A stretch of 64,000 nt of DNA from NCBI GenBank assembly GCA_913052585.1, contig CAJXEB010000004.1:2621-66620 (forward strand). The letters are read 5' to 3'. Position numbers and translations under genes: made by a program. The notes under the pieces were generated by a model that was given only the letters and a program-made list of their open reading frames with translations, ran no database searches and was not told the origin of the DNA. Shown here piece after piece: positions 48,957 to 58,348 of the stretch (within the stretch, counting starts at the first letter, position 1; every line of letters starts with the position of its first letter). Origin of the DNA: an uncultured Flavobacteriaceae bacterium (GTDB taxonomy: Bacteria; Bacteroidota; Bacteroidia; Flavobacteriales; Flavobacteriaceae).

Positions 48957-49929
48957 AACGTAATCATAAATTTCATTTCTGGAAAGACTTAAAAGGTTTA
49001 CATCCATAGAAATAAATAATCTTGAGGGCCTTCCATTTAAGGCAACATAACTGTCAACAGTTACTTTAACGTCAAAACCCAAATCACTATATTTTTTTTC
49101 TAAAAAATAAGCATATTGCCATATCATATCTGGTTGAAAACTCATTTCTTTTTCCTGAATAACTGTTAGATGATTCCTCGGATATTCCTGCCAGATTTTT
49201 TCTGAATTTTTATCATTTACAACTAATTTAGAATACCCTCTTTTTTCCATAAGCATAACATTCCAGCAAAACCTATAGTTCCGTTCAGTCCAAAGTACAT
49301 TTTCATTATATAGCAGGTGTCGAAGTGGAAAAAGAATTTGAATTACAAAAAAAACAATTAAGACATAATTTGTTACTACTGGAATTTGAATGTGTTTCTT
49401 TTTAGTTAATATTTCAGGAATTTTTATTCCTTTTTTTAATACTTTATTCCATGTTTCTATACTAATAAATATGGAAGATCCCGCAATCATTATCCAAGGA
49501 AACATCCCTATATTAAACAATAATGCAATGAGTGTATGAAATATAACTATTGCTATGAAAGCAAAAGGACGTGTTTTTTTATTCCAAAGTAAAAAAGGAA
49601 TTATTAAGTCATAAAACAAACCGAAATAACTAAAAGACACAATTGTTGCAATTCTATATAAAAAACCTAGTCCAATAAATAAAGTAAAAATAACTCATAG
49701 AATAACAACACTATACATTCCTATTGAAGAAGAAACAAGATATATCCATTCAAAATAATAATACGTAAAATAAAATTCAGAATTTAAATAACAATATTCT
49801 ACCCATCCTTTTAACATAAACCGAATAAGAGAAACATACATTAACAAACCTAAGACCAAGCGATAGATCGCTAATGGAAAAATATGTGTGCTTTCATTTA
49901 ATTGGTTTTTTAAAACACTTAATCTCCAT
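48945..49929 (-). pseudogene. HTTM-domain (vitamin K-dependent carboxylase-like) gene with frameshifts and a large internal deletion
   Basis: Fragments MEIKCF / KNQLNESTHIFPLAIYRLVLG..RF...GW..F.FTY..FEW / GLGFLYRIATIV joined straight to SFSYFGLFYDL..PFLLW..TR, FH.....FNIGMFP, QPDMIWQ, LNGRP. Confidence 0.75.
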
Positions 49930-51022
49930 CATTATCATTAAATGTAATTGTCGAACCTGTAGAACTTGCCATATCAACCTTTATTAAAAACAATAAATCA
50001 TTACAGTAACTTTGAAGACTGAATACTTTCTCAAGATTATTTTGTAATGCAGAATTTAAACTTTCATCAAATAAAGAAATTTCTAGAATTATATTTTCCA
50101 ATGCTTCTTTAATTTTAATACGCAAATCATCATTATTTATATCTCTCAAATATTCGTCAAAACCTATTTTACGAGTATTCGCAATATAATCTCCAGTAAA
50201 GGTTCGGTTAAGTTCTTCAATATTATTCTTTATCAATGCTAAAGAAATATCACTTCTAAATGCTTCTGTTTCTTCAAAATCAACAATACCTCCATTATAA
50301 TCTCCTAAAGGTCTGCCTAATTTACTGTAGATTATTTCTTCAATTAAAGTGACCATGGCATTTACCGTTTGATTTAACCCACCATCTAAATCGTTTTGAA
50401 CGGCACTTATATAAGTGGGACCATATCCTTCCCAAATAGAAAATATTTCATTGGATAAATTACTTAAATCTTGAACTAAAGCAACTAAATAATCTACCCT
50501 TCTAGCATCTGATTGCATTTCGGCTAAAACACTTTCCTGATCAGATTTAAACAATAAATATTCTACTGCTGAGACTCCTTTAGATGATGACCCTACAGAG
50601 TTAATAAAATCTATATCTATAGGAACAGAACTATTAATGTATTCTTCAATATTAGAATAATTAGTTGGCCAAGTATTAATTCGAGTATGAATAAAACTAT
50701 CTTCCACTTCGCCTATATTATAAACCTCACATTGTTTCCAAATTGCGGTTAAACTCTCCCATTGGCCTTGTATCCTTAATAAATTCTCTAAACTGGAATT
50801 TTGTTCAAAGGAAGTGGCTTTTTCTTTTAATACATCAGCTTGATTAATAAATGCTGTGTGCAATGGTAAAATTCCATGTGTAAAAGTGTTATTTAATAAA
50901 GCTTTTCGATTGTATTCTATCTGTGCTTGATCTTCTGATATCCCATCAGAATCACAACTAATAATAACTAAGACTAATAATAGTCCTAATAAAATAGAAC
51001 GGTTTAAAATGCTTTTTTTCAT
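49919..51022 (-). CDS. Imelysin-family lipoprotein
   Basis: IIS-C lipobox, I.TWP, KG.SAVEYLLF, K.GRP.G, C-terminal FNDNDGD. Confidence 0.85.
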   Translation of the reverse strand: MKKSILNRSILLGLLLVLVIISCDSDGISEDQAQIEYNRKALLNNTFTHGILPLHTAFINQADVLKEKATSFEQNSSLENLLRIQGQWESLTAIWKQCEVYNIGEVEDSFIHTRINTWPTNYSNIEEYINSSVPIDIDFINSVGSSSKGVSAVEYLLFKSDQESVLAEMQSDARRVDYLVALVQDLSNLSNEIFSIWEGYGPTYISAVQNDLDGGLNQTVNAMVTLIEEIIYSKLGRPLGDYNGGIVDFEETEAFRSDISLALIKNNIEELNRTFTGDYIANTRKIGFDEYLRDINNDDLRIKIKEALENIILEISLFDESLNSALQNNLEKVFSLQSYCNDLLFLIKVDMASSTGSTITFNDNDGD

Positions 51023-52419
51023 TATAATGAATTGATAAATAAAATTAAATTTTGACGCTCATCGGCCGTATAGCCCATAAACTCATTTTTAGGATTTTCA
51101 GCTTCACCTCCATGCCACAATATAGCTTCTTCAATATTCCTAGCTCTACCATCATGCAAGAAATAAGTATGATTATTTACAGTCTCAAATAAACCAATTC
51201 CCCATAAAGGAGGAGTTCTCCATTCATTTCCATTTGCTAAATAATCTGGACTTCCATCTGCTAATCCTTCTCCCATATCGTGTAATAATAAATCGGTATA
51301 AGGTCTAATTGTTTGGTTTGATAATGCTTGAATGCTATGATTACCTGTAATGATTTTTGGCTGATGACAAGCGATACAATTTGCTTGCTCAAACAATGCT
51401 TTTCCTTCTAAAACTTCTTGATTGTCCCAATCTCTTCTTCCGGGAACAGCTAAGGTACTTGTATATAAAACTGTTTTATCAAGATTACTATCTTCAATTT
51501 CTGGACTTCCTCCATTAGGAATATTACCGCAAATTACTGAAGGTGGACAATTTTCATCTGGGAAAATAGAAGAAGTTATTCCTAGGTCTCCAGAAAATGC
51601 AGCAGCTACTTGTTGTAAAACAGATGGCTGATTTGCTTTCCAACCAAACCTACCTATGGTTACACTATTCTCATTTACATTCCAAACATAATTTGGACGA
51701 CCACTAATACCATCATTATTGGAGTCAAATTCATCACTAAATGAAAGCATAGTCGCTTCATCTATTGCTTCTAATAACCCCATTCCACTCATGTGATTAG
51801 CAACACGGGGTGAAATTTGATTAGCCGTAAAAGTTCCTTGAGTAAGGTTGGTAATAATATAATTAGGCTTTCTTAATGAATAGGTATTACCGTCTGGATA
51901 ACTTCCAGTTATTTCTTGATACTCAATTTCAAATCCTGCCTCAGCATCTATTCCTGATATGGATTGATCTTGCAATTGCCCTCCATAGTTTGTATCGGAT
52001 AAAGGCTCACCGAGAGAACCGTTCCCAACACTTAATCTTAGTAATAATCCGTGTGCTACTTCACCATTATATTCAGGTCCTCTTCCTCTTCCGTCTTTAA
52101 AATGACAACCTGAGCAAGCTCTTGAATTAAATAAAGGCCCTAATCCATCTCTAGCTGTAGTAGAAGCAGGAGAAGTTACCCAATTTTGATTAAATAATGA
52201 ATTCCCAACAAAAAAATCTAACCCTTCTTCATTATTCAGATTGGGCGCTTGAAAACCAAATGCATTTTGTGAAATATCGAAAACAGTGGTTTCTCCTCCG
52301 GAAAATTCTTCCCCTTCTTCGGGCAATAATCCTATATAACCAGAATCATCGTTTGAACATCCAGCAAACAACAAACTTAAAATGGTTAAAAATAAGAAGG
52401 AGCTTTTAATTTTTAACAT
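51022..52419 (-). CDS. Di-haem oxidoreductase (DHOR) family lipoprotein
   Basis: FAG-C lipobox, DGLGPLFN..CSGCH, GRFGWKA, CIACH, PYTDLLLHDMG, WRTPPLWG, LHDGRAR..EEAILWHGGEA. Confidence 0.92.
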   Translation of the reverse strand: MLKIKSSFLFLTILSLLFAGCSNDDSGYIGLLPEEGEEFSGGETTVFDISQNAFGFQAPNLNNEEGLDFFVGNSLFNQNWVTSPASTTARDGLGPLFNSRACSGCHFKDGRGRGPEYNGEVAHGLLLRLSVGNGSLGEPLSDTNYGGQLQDQSISGIDAEAGFEIEYQEITGSYPDGNTYSLRKPNYIITNLTQGTFTANQISPRVANHMSGMGLLEAIDEATMLSFSDEFDSNNDGISGRPNYVWNVNENSVTIGRFGWKANQPSVLQQVAAAFSGDLGITSSIFPDENCPPSVICGNIPNGGSPEIEDSNLDKTVLYTSTLAVPGRRDWDNQEVLEGKALFEQANCIACHQPKIITGNHSIQALSNQTIRPYTDLLLHDMGEGLADGSPDYLANGNEWRTPPLWGIGLFETVNNHTYFLHDGRARNIEEAILWHGGEAENPKNEFMGYTADERQNLILFINSL

Positions 52420-52496
52420 GCTAAATTAATAAAAGCAAAAAGGTGAAGAATTAATATTCAACACCAATTTACAAGGTTAATTTAAAAAAAACAGAA

Positions 52497-53669
52497 TTAT
52501 TCTGAGATAACAATTACTCCTAGAGCTGTTCCAGCAAGTACAAATTGATCTCCTAAATCTTGTAATGAGTTCACTGCTTGTAATACCTTTATCCCTTCAG
52601 TACTATTTACTCCTCCAGTTATTGCAATATCAAAAGGAATTGCTGTAGCTTCTACATCGGTTACTGCTGCATTTAATTGATTGGTAACATTTGTTCCCGT
52701 TGCAGCATTTGATTGGTCAACCAATACTTTTAATGAAGCTCCAGAAATGGTTCCAAAAGTACCATTGTATACATTATAGATACCTTTTAAATTTAATCTA
52801 GCATCACGGTGTGTGTTATCACTAAAACAAGAATGTTCATCTTCTTGATCTTGATTACTTAATGCTACAAATATTCTTTCACCTGCTAGTTCAGATTTTG
52901 ATAATGTAGCTATTCCAGTTAATATATTTTTAATCGCTTCATCTTCATCCAAAGCGATAAAAACATTATAATAAGGACCTCCAATTGACCATTCATTTAT
53001 CATTAATTGTAAATGATCTAATAATAATTCTGCACAAACAACTACATACTGACTTCTTCTATCTTGATTCTCTGCAGTTCCTCCATCAACAAAATCGGTG
53101 AAAGGTCTCAATCCAGCTTGATTATCTAATGGAGAAGTATTGTCCTGTCCCCATAATAAAAATTCGATTGCGTGGTATCCAATACTAATATTTGCTTCTC
53201 CACCTAATTCGTTTAAAGATTCTAAAAGCTCTTTATTAATAGAAGGATAATTTACTAAATCATTAATAATCCCTGCATTAATACCTCCTTCAACATAATC
53301 AATATAATTCTCATCCAATGGCCAAGCATTTAATAAGCCTTCTGGCCCATCATTATCATCAATTGGTCCAGATGAAAAACGGAAAGCTTCTGTAGTTCCA
53401 TATGATTCTCTGGAGTTTCTCCAAGCTTGTTTTGCAGCATTGTGCGATAATTGACTAGGATTAACAGCTAGTTCTTGAATAGCAGATTGCAAAAGTACAG
53501 CGTCGTTATAAGCTGCTTGATAATTACTTAAAACAATTGCTGAATAATTCGCAATTACTTGTTCCTTCGTGATTAAACTAGAATCTGTAATTGTGACATC
53601 GTCACTAGAGCAAGCAACAAAATTTAATATTGCAATTGCAAATAATATTGGTAATAATAATTTTTTCAT
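52497..53669 (-). CDS. Imelysin/IrpA-family iron-regulated lipoprotein
   Basis: VA-C lipobox, EAFRF, NAWPLDE..IDY, GYHAIEFLLWGQD, ELAGER, EDEHSCFSDNT. Confidence 0.92.
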   Translation of the reverse strand: MKKLLLPILFAIAILNFVACSSDDVTITDSSLITKEQVIANYSAIVLSNYQAAYNDAVLLQSAIQELAVNPSQLSHNAAKQAWRNSRESYGTTEAFRFSSGPIDDNDGPEGLLNAWPLDENYIDYVEGGINAGIINDLVNYPSINKELLESLNELGGEANISIGYHAIEFLLWGQDNTSPLDNQAGLRPFTDFVDGGTAENQDRRSQYVVVCAELLLDHLQLMINEWSIGGPYYNVFIALDEDEAIKNILTGIATLSKSELAGERIFVALSNQDQEDEHSCFSDNTHRDARLNLKGIYNVYNGTFGTISGASLKVLVDQSNAATGTNVTNQLNAAVTDVEATAIPFDIAITGGVNSTEGIKVLQAVNSLQDLGDQFVLAGTALGVIVISE

Positions 53670-53690
53670 AAAAAGGTTCTTTTGTTATTT

Positions 53691-53712
53691 TTATTTAGAC
53701 TAATTATAGATA
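53691..53712. promoter_or_regulatory. Candidate iron-regulator (Fur-like) box just downstream of the -7 element TACTTTTG (minus strand, 53716-53723)
   Basis: ttatttagactaattatagata imperfect palindrome; related tttagaataaatcta on the minus strand near 53825-53840. Confidence 0.5.
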
Positions 53713-53901
53713 GTGCAAAAGTATATAAGATGTTTTTATCCTACAAGGACTTTTAAAAGTATTTTTTAATAATTAAAAGTTTTAATATTAATTCATTTAA
53801 CAGTTGTCTATTAAAGCCTAAACATAGATTTATTCTAAACAGAGTTAAATAAATAAGGATTTTCATTTTCATCTTTTATAAGAATAATTGTTTTACGTAC
53901 C

Positions 53902-54684
53902 TTGTCATTCGATTTGAAATATTTTATACTTTTTATATTATTCCCAGTTTTGGTCTGGTCTCAACAAATATCTTTAGTTGAAACTACCCCATTAGATGCA
54001 GATACGTTTGTTGGTATCGATTCCTATAACGACACCTTCTATATTAAAGACCAAGTGCTGTACAAAAAAAGCAGTACTAATGTATTTAACTTTAAGGACT
54101 TTCAATTAGGTGAAATTTATTCGGTAGATATTGTCAACCCGATGAATATTGCTGTTTATTATCAAGATTTTAATACCGTTGTATTATTGGATAATAAACT
54201 ATCTGAAATCGAACGAATTAATTTTAATAATATATCCGAATTTATTAATTCCAGTCAATCTAAAGTCGCTGCCAATAATAGCTTGTGGGTTTTTAATATG
54301 GATTCGCAACAATTAGAATTATACAATTATCGTTCTAAAAGTAAGATCTTAGTTTCTCAACCTATTAATGGAGAGGTGTTATCTATTGCCAGTAATTTTA
54401 ATTATTGTTTTGTTTTAACAGCGGCCAAAATAAGAGCTTATAATATTTATGGAAGCCTTCTTGCTGAACTCAATAATGAAGGCTTTCAGAAAATCGTACA
54501 ACTAAGTCAAAATATAATTGCCTTAAAAGATGATCAGCTCTATTATATCAACAAAGAGACCCGAGAAATAACGAAAATAAAAACTCCTGAAATAAATATA
54601 AAAGACTTGCAGCTTACGCAAGATTTCCTTTATATTTATAACGGAAATCAGATAAGCACATTTAAATTAACCCTACCAAAGTAA
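53902..54684 (+). CDS. Hypothetical secreted beta-rich protein
   Basis: Signal peptide, LG.I..VDI.NP..I..YY.DFN...LLDN.L; start uncertain (TTG 53902 or 53914). Confidence 0.7.
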   Translation: MSFDLKYFILFILFPVLVWSQQISLVETTPLDADTFVGIDSYNDTFYIKDQVLYKKSSTNVFNFKDFQLGEIYSVDIVNPMNIAVYYQDFNTVVLLDNKLSEIERINFNNISEFINSSQSKVAANNSLWVFNMDSQQLELYNYRSKSKILVSQPINGEVLSIASNFNYCFVLTAAKIRAYNIYGSLLAELNNEGFQKIVQLSQNIIALKDDQLYYINKETREITKIKTPEINIKDLQLTQDFLYIYNGNQISTFKLTLPK

Positions 54685-54690
54685 TACTTT

Positions 54691-55305
54691 ATGCACGTTG
54701 CCATAGCAGGAAATATAGGATCTGGAAAAACGACGTTAACTCGTTTACTAGCCAAACATTATAAGTGGAAAGCTCAATATGAAGATGTAGAAGACAATCC
54801 ATATTTAGACGATTTCTATAACAAAATGGAACGTTGGTCTTTTAACCTTCAAGTTTATTTTTTAAACTCCCGTTTTAGACAAATTTTAGATATCCGAAGA
54901 GATAAAAAAACCATTATTCAAGATCGAACAATTTATGAAGATGCATTTATTTTTGCACCCAATCTTCATGCGATGGGATTAATGACCAATCGTGATTATG
55001 AAAATTACCGGTCCTTATTCGACTTAATGGAAAGCGTTACGGAAGCACCCGATTTACTAATCTACTTGCGAAGTTCTATTCCTAATTTAGTAGGACAAAT
55101 CCATAAACGAGGAAGAGAATACGAGAACTCTATTAGCATTGATTACCTAAGTAGACTAAACGAACGTTACGAAGCTTGGATTGATCAATATGATAAAGGA
55201 AGCGTCGTAATTTTAGATGTAGACAATATCGATTTTGTAGACAACCCAGAAGATCTTGGAATCATTATCAACAAGATTGATGCTCAGATTAACGGATTGT
55301 TTTAA
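54691..55305 (+). CDS. Deoxynucleoside kinase
   Basis: GNIGSGKTT P-loop, NPYL.DFY, LQVYFL..R, DRTIYED, RGREYE. Confidence 0.93.
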   Translation: MHVAIAGNIGSGKTTLTRLLAKHYKWKAQYEDVEDNPYLDDFYNKMERWSFNLQVYFLNSRFRQILDIRRDKKTIIQDRTIYEDAFIFAPNLHAMGLMTNRDYENYRSLFDLMESVTEAPDLLIYLRSSIPNLVGQIHKRGREYENSISIDYLSRLNERYEAWIDQYDKGSVVILDVDNIDFVDNPEDLGIIINKIDAQINGLF

Positions 55306-55329
55306 ACAAGATTCCATAAATATATTCAT

Positions 55330-55362
55330 AAAAAAACCTGCTATAATTAGCAGGTTTTTTTT
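55330..55362. terminator. Bidirectional terminator
   Basis: A7-cctgcta-taat-tagcagg-T8 between convergent genes. Confidence 0.88.
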
Positions 55363-55387
55363 ATATAATTAAAAAGCTGAGTTATTA

Positions 55388-58147
55388 TTACTCTTCTTTC
55401 TTTGGGTTTAATTCTAATGAAAAATCAACAGTAACATCGTTACCTAATAATCCTCCAGCTTCTCCAACACCAAATTCAGCTCTATTCACCGTGATTTTAC
55501 CTTCAAAAGCAGCAGATGGGAATCCCCAGGGAGTATCTTGTTTTCCTAAATAAGCTAAAGGCAATTCAACTTCTTTAGTAACATCCTTAATTGTTAGGTC
55601 TCCTGTTACTATCATTCCATCACTTGTTTTATTAACACTTTTTGAAACAAAAGTCATTGTTGGAAATTTAGCAACATCAAAATACTCATCTGTTTTTAAA
55701 TGAATGTCTCTATCTTCATTTGAAGTATTAATAGAAGCAACATCAATAGTTACATTCATAGAAGGGTTGTCAGAAAAATCTACTACCCCTTCAACCGTTT
55801 GAAAACTACCTTTAGATTTCGCTACAATATGTCTGATCGAAAAATCTACATAAGAGTGACTAGCATCTAATACCCATACTCCTTGCAATTCTGCAGTGTT
55901 ATTTGTGCTTGTAGTGTTTGTTACATCAATTACTTCCTGAATTTCAGCATTCATTACATCACCTTCATCAGCATGTCCTCCTAAAATTGGAGCAATTACC
56001 AATCCAATTAAACAAGTAAGTTTAATTAAGATGTTCATAGAAGGTCCTGAAGTATCTTTAAATGGATCTCCAACGGTATCACCAGTAATTGCAGCTTCGT
56101 GAGCAGCAGAACCTTTGTGAGTCATTTCTCCATTAATCATTACACCTGCTTCAAAAGATTTTTTAGCATTATCCCAAGCACCACCAGCATTGTTTTGAAA
56201 AATTGCCCAAAGCACACCACTTACAGTAACTCCAGCCATATAACCACCAAGCATTTCAGCAATCATCATATTATCCATTCCAAAAATCATTGGTATAAAA
56301 GCAATAGCTAATGGAAATCCAATAGTTAATAAACCTGGCAACATCATTTCTTTTAAAGAAGCTTCCGTAGAAATTGCTACACATTTATCGTATTCTGGTT
56401 TCCCAGTACCTTCCATAATTCCTGGAATCTCTTTAAACTGACGACGTACTTCGTATACCATTTCCATTGCAGCTTTACCTACTGCATTCATAGCTAAGGC
56501 AGAGAATACAACTGGTACCATTCCACCAACAAATAACATTGCTAAAACGGGTGCTTTAAAAATATTAATACCATCAATACCTGTAAATGTTACGTATGCT
56601 GCAAACAATGCCAATGAAGTTAATGCTGCAGAAGCAATAGCAAAACCTTTACCGGTCGCTGCTGTTGTATTACCGACTGAATCTAATATATCTGTACGTT
56701 CTCTTACGATAGGATCTTGTTCGCTCATCTCCGCAATTCCACCTGCATTATCTGCAATGGGTCCAAAAGCATCAATAGCTAATTGCATAGCCGTAGTTGC
56801 CATCATTGCTGATGCTGCCATTGCTACACCATAAAATCCAGCTAAAGCATATGATGACCATATTGCAGCTGCAAATAAAAGTACCGTTGGAAATGTAGAA
56901 ATCATACCTGTTGCTAAACCAGCAATAATATTTGTTCCAGCACCTGTAGCCGATTTTTGAACAATATTTAAAATAGGTTTTTTACCTAAACCTGTATAGT
57001 ATTCTGTAACTGCTGATATAACACCACCAACAAATAAACCTACTAATGTTGCATAAAATACACGCATTGCAGTAATATCAATTAACCCTTCACCAAAGAA
57101 GTGCATTTTCATAGTTTCAGGTAACATATAATTTACTAAAACATAACAAGAAATTGCAACCAACGCAATGGAAAACCAGTTTCCTTTATTTAAAGCACCC
57201 ATTACTTGAGATTCTTTAGCGTCATTACTTTTAATCTTTACTAACATCGTACCTATCAATGAAATGATAATACCTACCCCAGCGATTGACATTGGCAATA
57301 AGATAGGTCCAATACCACCAAAAGCATCTTCGATAACACCACCCATATCTTTAATGATATAGTTTCCTAATACCATCGCAGCTAATACCGTTGCTACATA
57401 CGAACCAAATAAATCGGCCCCCATACCTGCAACATCACCTACATTATCACCTACGTTATCAGCAATAGTCGCTGGATTACGAGGATCATCTTCTGGAATA
57501 CCTGCTTCTACTTTACCAACTAAATCTGCTCCGACATCAGCAGCTTTCGTATAAATACCACCACCAACTCTTGCAAATAATGCGATAGATTCAGCACCTA
57601 AAGAAAATCCAGCTAACGTTTCTAAAACGATAGTCATTTTTTCTACTGAAAAAGTACCGCTGACTCCACCCATAAAATAGTTATAGAAAAATATAAAGAA
57701 CATTGTTAAACCTAAAACTGCTAAACCAGCAACACCTAATCCCATAACAGTACCACCACCGAAAGAAACTTTCAATGCATTTGGCAAGCTTGTTCGTGCT
57801 GCTTGTGTTGTTCTTACATTTGTTTTAGTAGCTATTTTCATACCAATGTTTCCTGCAAATGCAGAGAAAAATGCGCCTAATATAAAGGCAACAACAATTA
57901 ACCAATGCGTTGAAGGAACAATTGTTGAAACAACAAATAATAAAACACTTATAACTGCAACAAATATTGCTAGAAGTCTATACTCTGCATTTAAGAAGGC
58001 TAAAGCACCTTCGTAGATGTGTTCAGAAATCTCTTTCATTTTCCCATCACCTGCATCTTGTTTCATTACCCAAGACTTTTTAACTAACATATAAGCTAAA
58101 CCTATTAATGCCGCAACTATTGGCATATAAATCATCATTGATTCCAT
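55388..58147 (-). CDS. hppA: K+-dependent membrane pyrophosphatase fused to a C-terminal YceI-like domain
   Basis: GGGIYTKAADVGADLVGKVE, EDDPRNPA.IADNVGDNVGD, GNTTAA, GDTVGDPFKDTSGP; tail W.LD.SHS.V.F.IRH...RD.HL...YFD..KFP; ATG at 58147. Confidence 0.93.
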   Translation of the reverse strand: MESMMIYMPIVAALIGLAYMLVKKSWVMKQDAGDGKMKEISEHIYEGALAFLNAEYRLLAIFVAVISVLLFVVSTIVPSTHWLIVVAFILGAFFSAFAGNIGMKIATKTNVRTTQAARTSLPNALKVSFGGGTVMGLGVAGLAVLGLTMFFIFFYNYFMGGVSGTFSVEKMTIVLETLAGFSLGAESIALFARVGGGIYTKAADVGADLVGKVEAGIPEDDPRNPATIADNVGDNVGDVAGMGADLFGSYVATVLAAMVLGNYIIKDMGGVIEDAFGGIGPILLPMSIAGVGIIISLIGTMLVKIKSNDAKESQVMGALNKGNWFSIALVAISCYVLVNYMLPETMKMHFFGEGLIDITAMRVFYATLVGLFVGGVISAVTEYYTGLGKKPILNIVQKSATGAGTNIIAGLATGMISTFPTVLLFAAAIWSSYALAGFYGVAMAASAMMATTAMQLAIDAFGPIADNAGGIAEMSEQDPIVRERTDILDSVGNTTAATGKGFAIASAALTSLALFAAYVTFTGIDGINIFKAPVLAMLFVGGMVPVVFSALAMNAVGKAAMEMVYEVRRQFKEIPGIMEGTGKPEYDKCVAISTEASLKEMMLPGLLTIGFPLAIAFIPMIFGMDNMMIAEMLGGYMAGVTVSGVLWAIFQNNAGGAWDNAKKSFEAGVMINGEMTHKGSAAHEAAITGDTVGDPFKDTSGPSMNILIKLTCLIGLVIAPILGGHADEGDVMNAEIQEVIDVTNTTSTNNTAELQGVWVLDASHSYVDFSIRHIVAKSKGSFQTVEGVVDFSDNPSMNVTIDVASINTSNEDRDIHLKTDEYFDVAKFPTMTFVSKSVNKTSDGMIVTGDLTIKDVTKEVELPLAYLGKQDTPWGFPSAAFEGKITVNRAEFGVGEAGGLLGNDVTVDFSLELNPKKEE

Positions 58148-58348
58148 ATTTTTTTGTTTTATTATTAAGGTGTGCAAAAGTAGTAAATTCAAATAGAATA
58201 AAAAACCCCTCAGAAAACTAATTCTGAAGAGCTAATTTTATGAAAATCATATTCTTATTTATTACTACTTCCTTTTTGTATTTCAATTAATACACTAAAA
58301 TAGTTTGGATCTTTTATAGTCATTGTAATTTTTGAAAATAAAATAATT

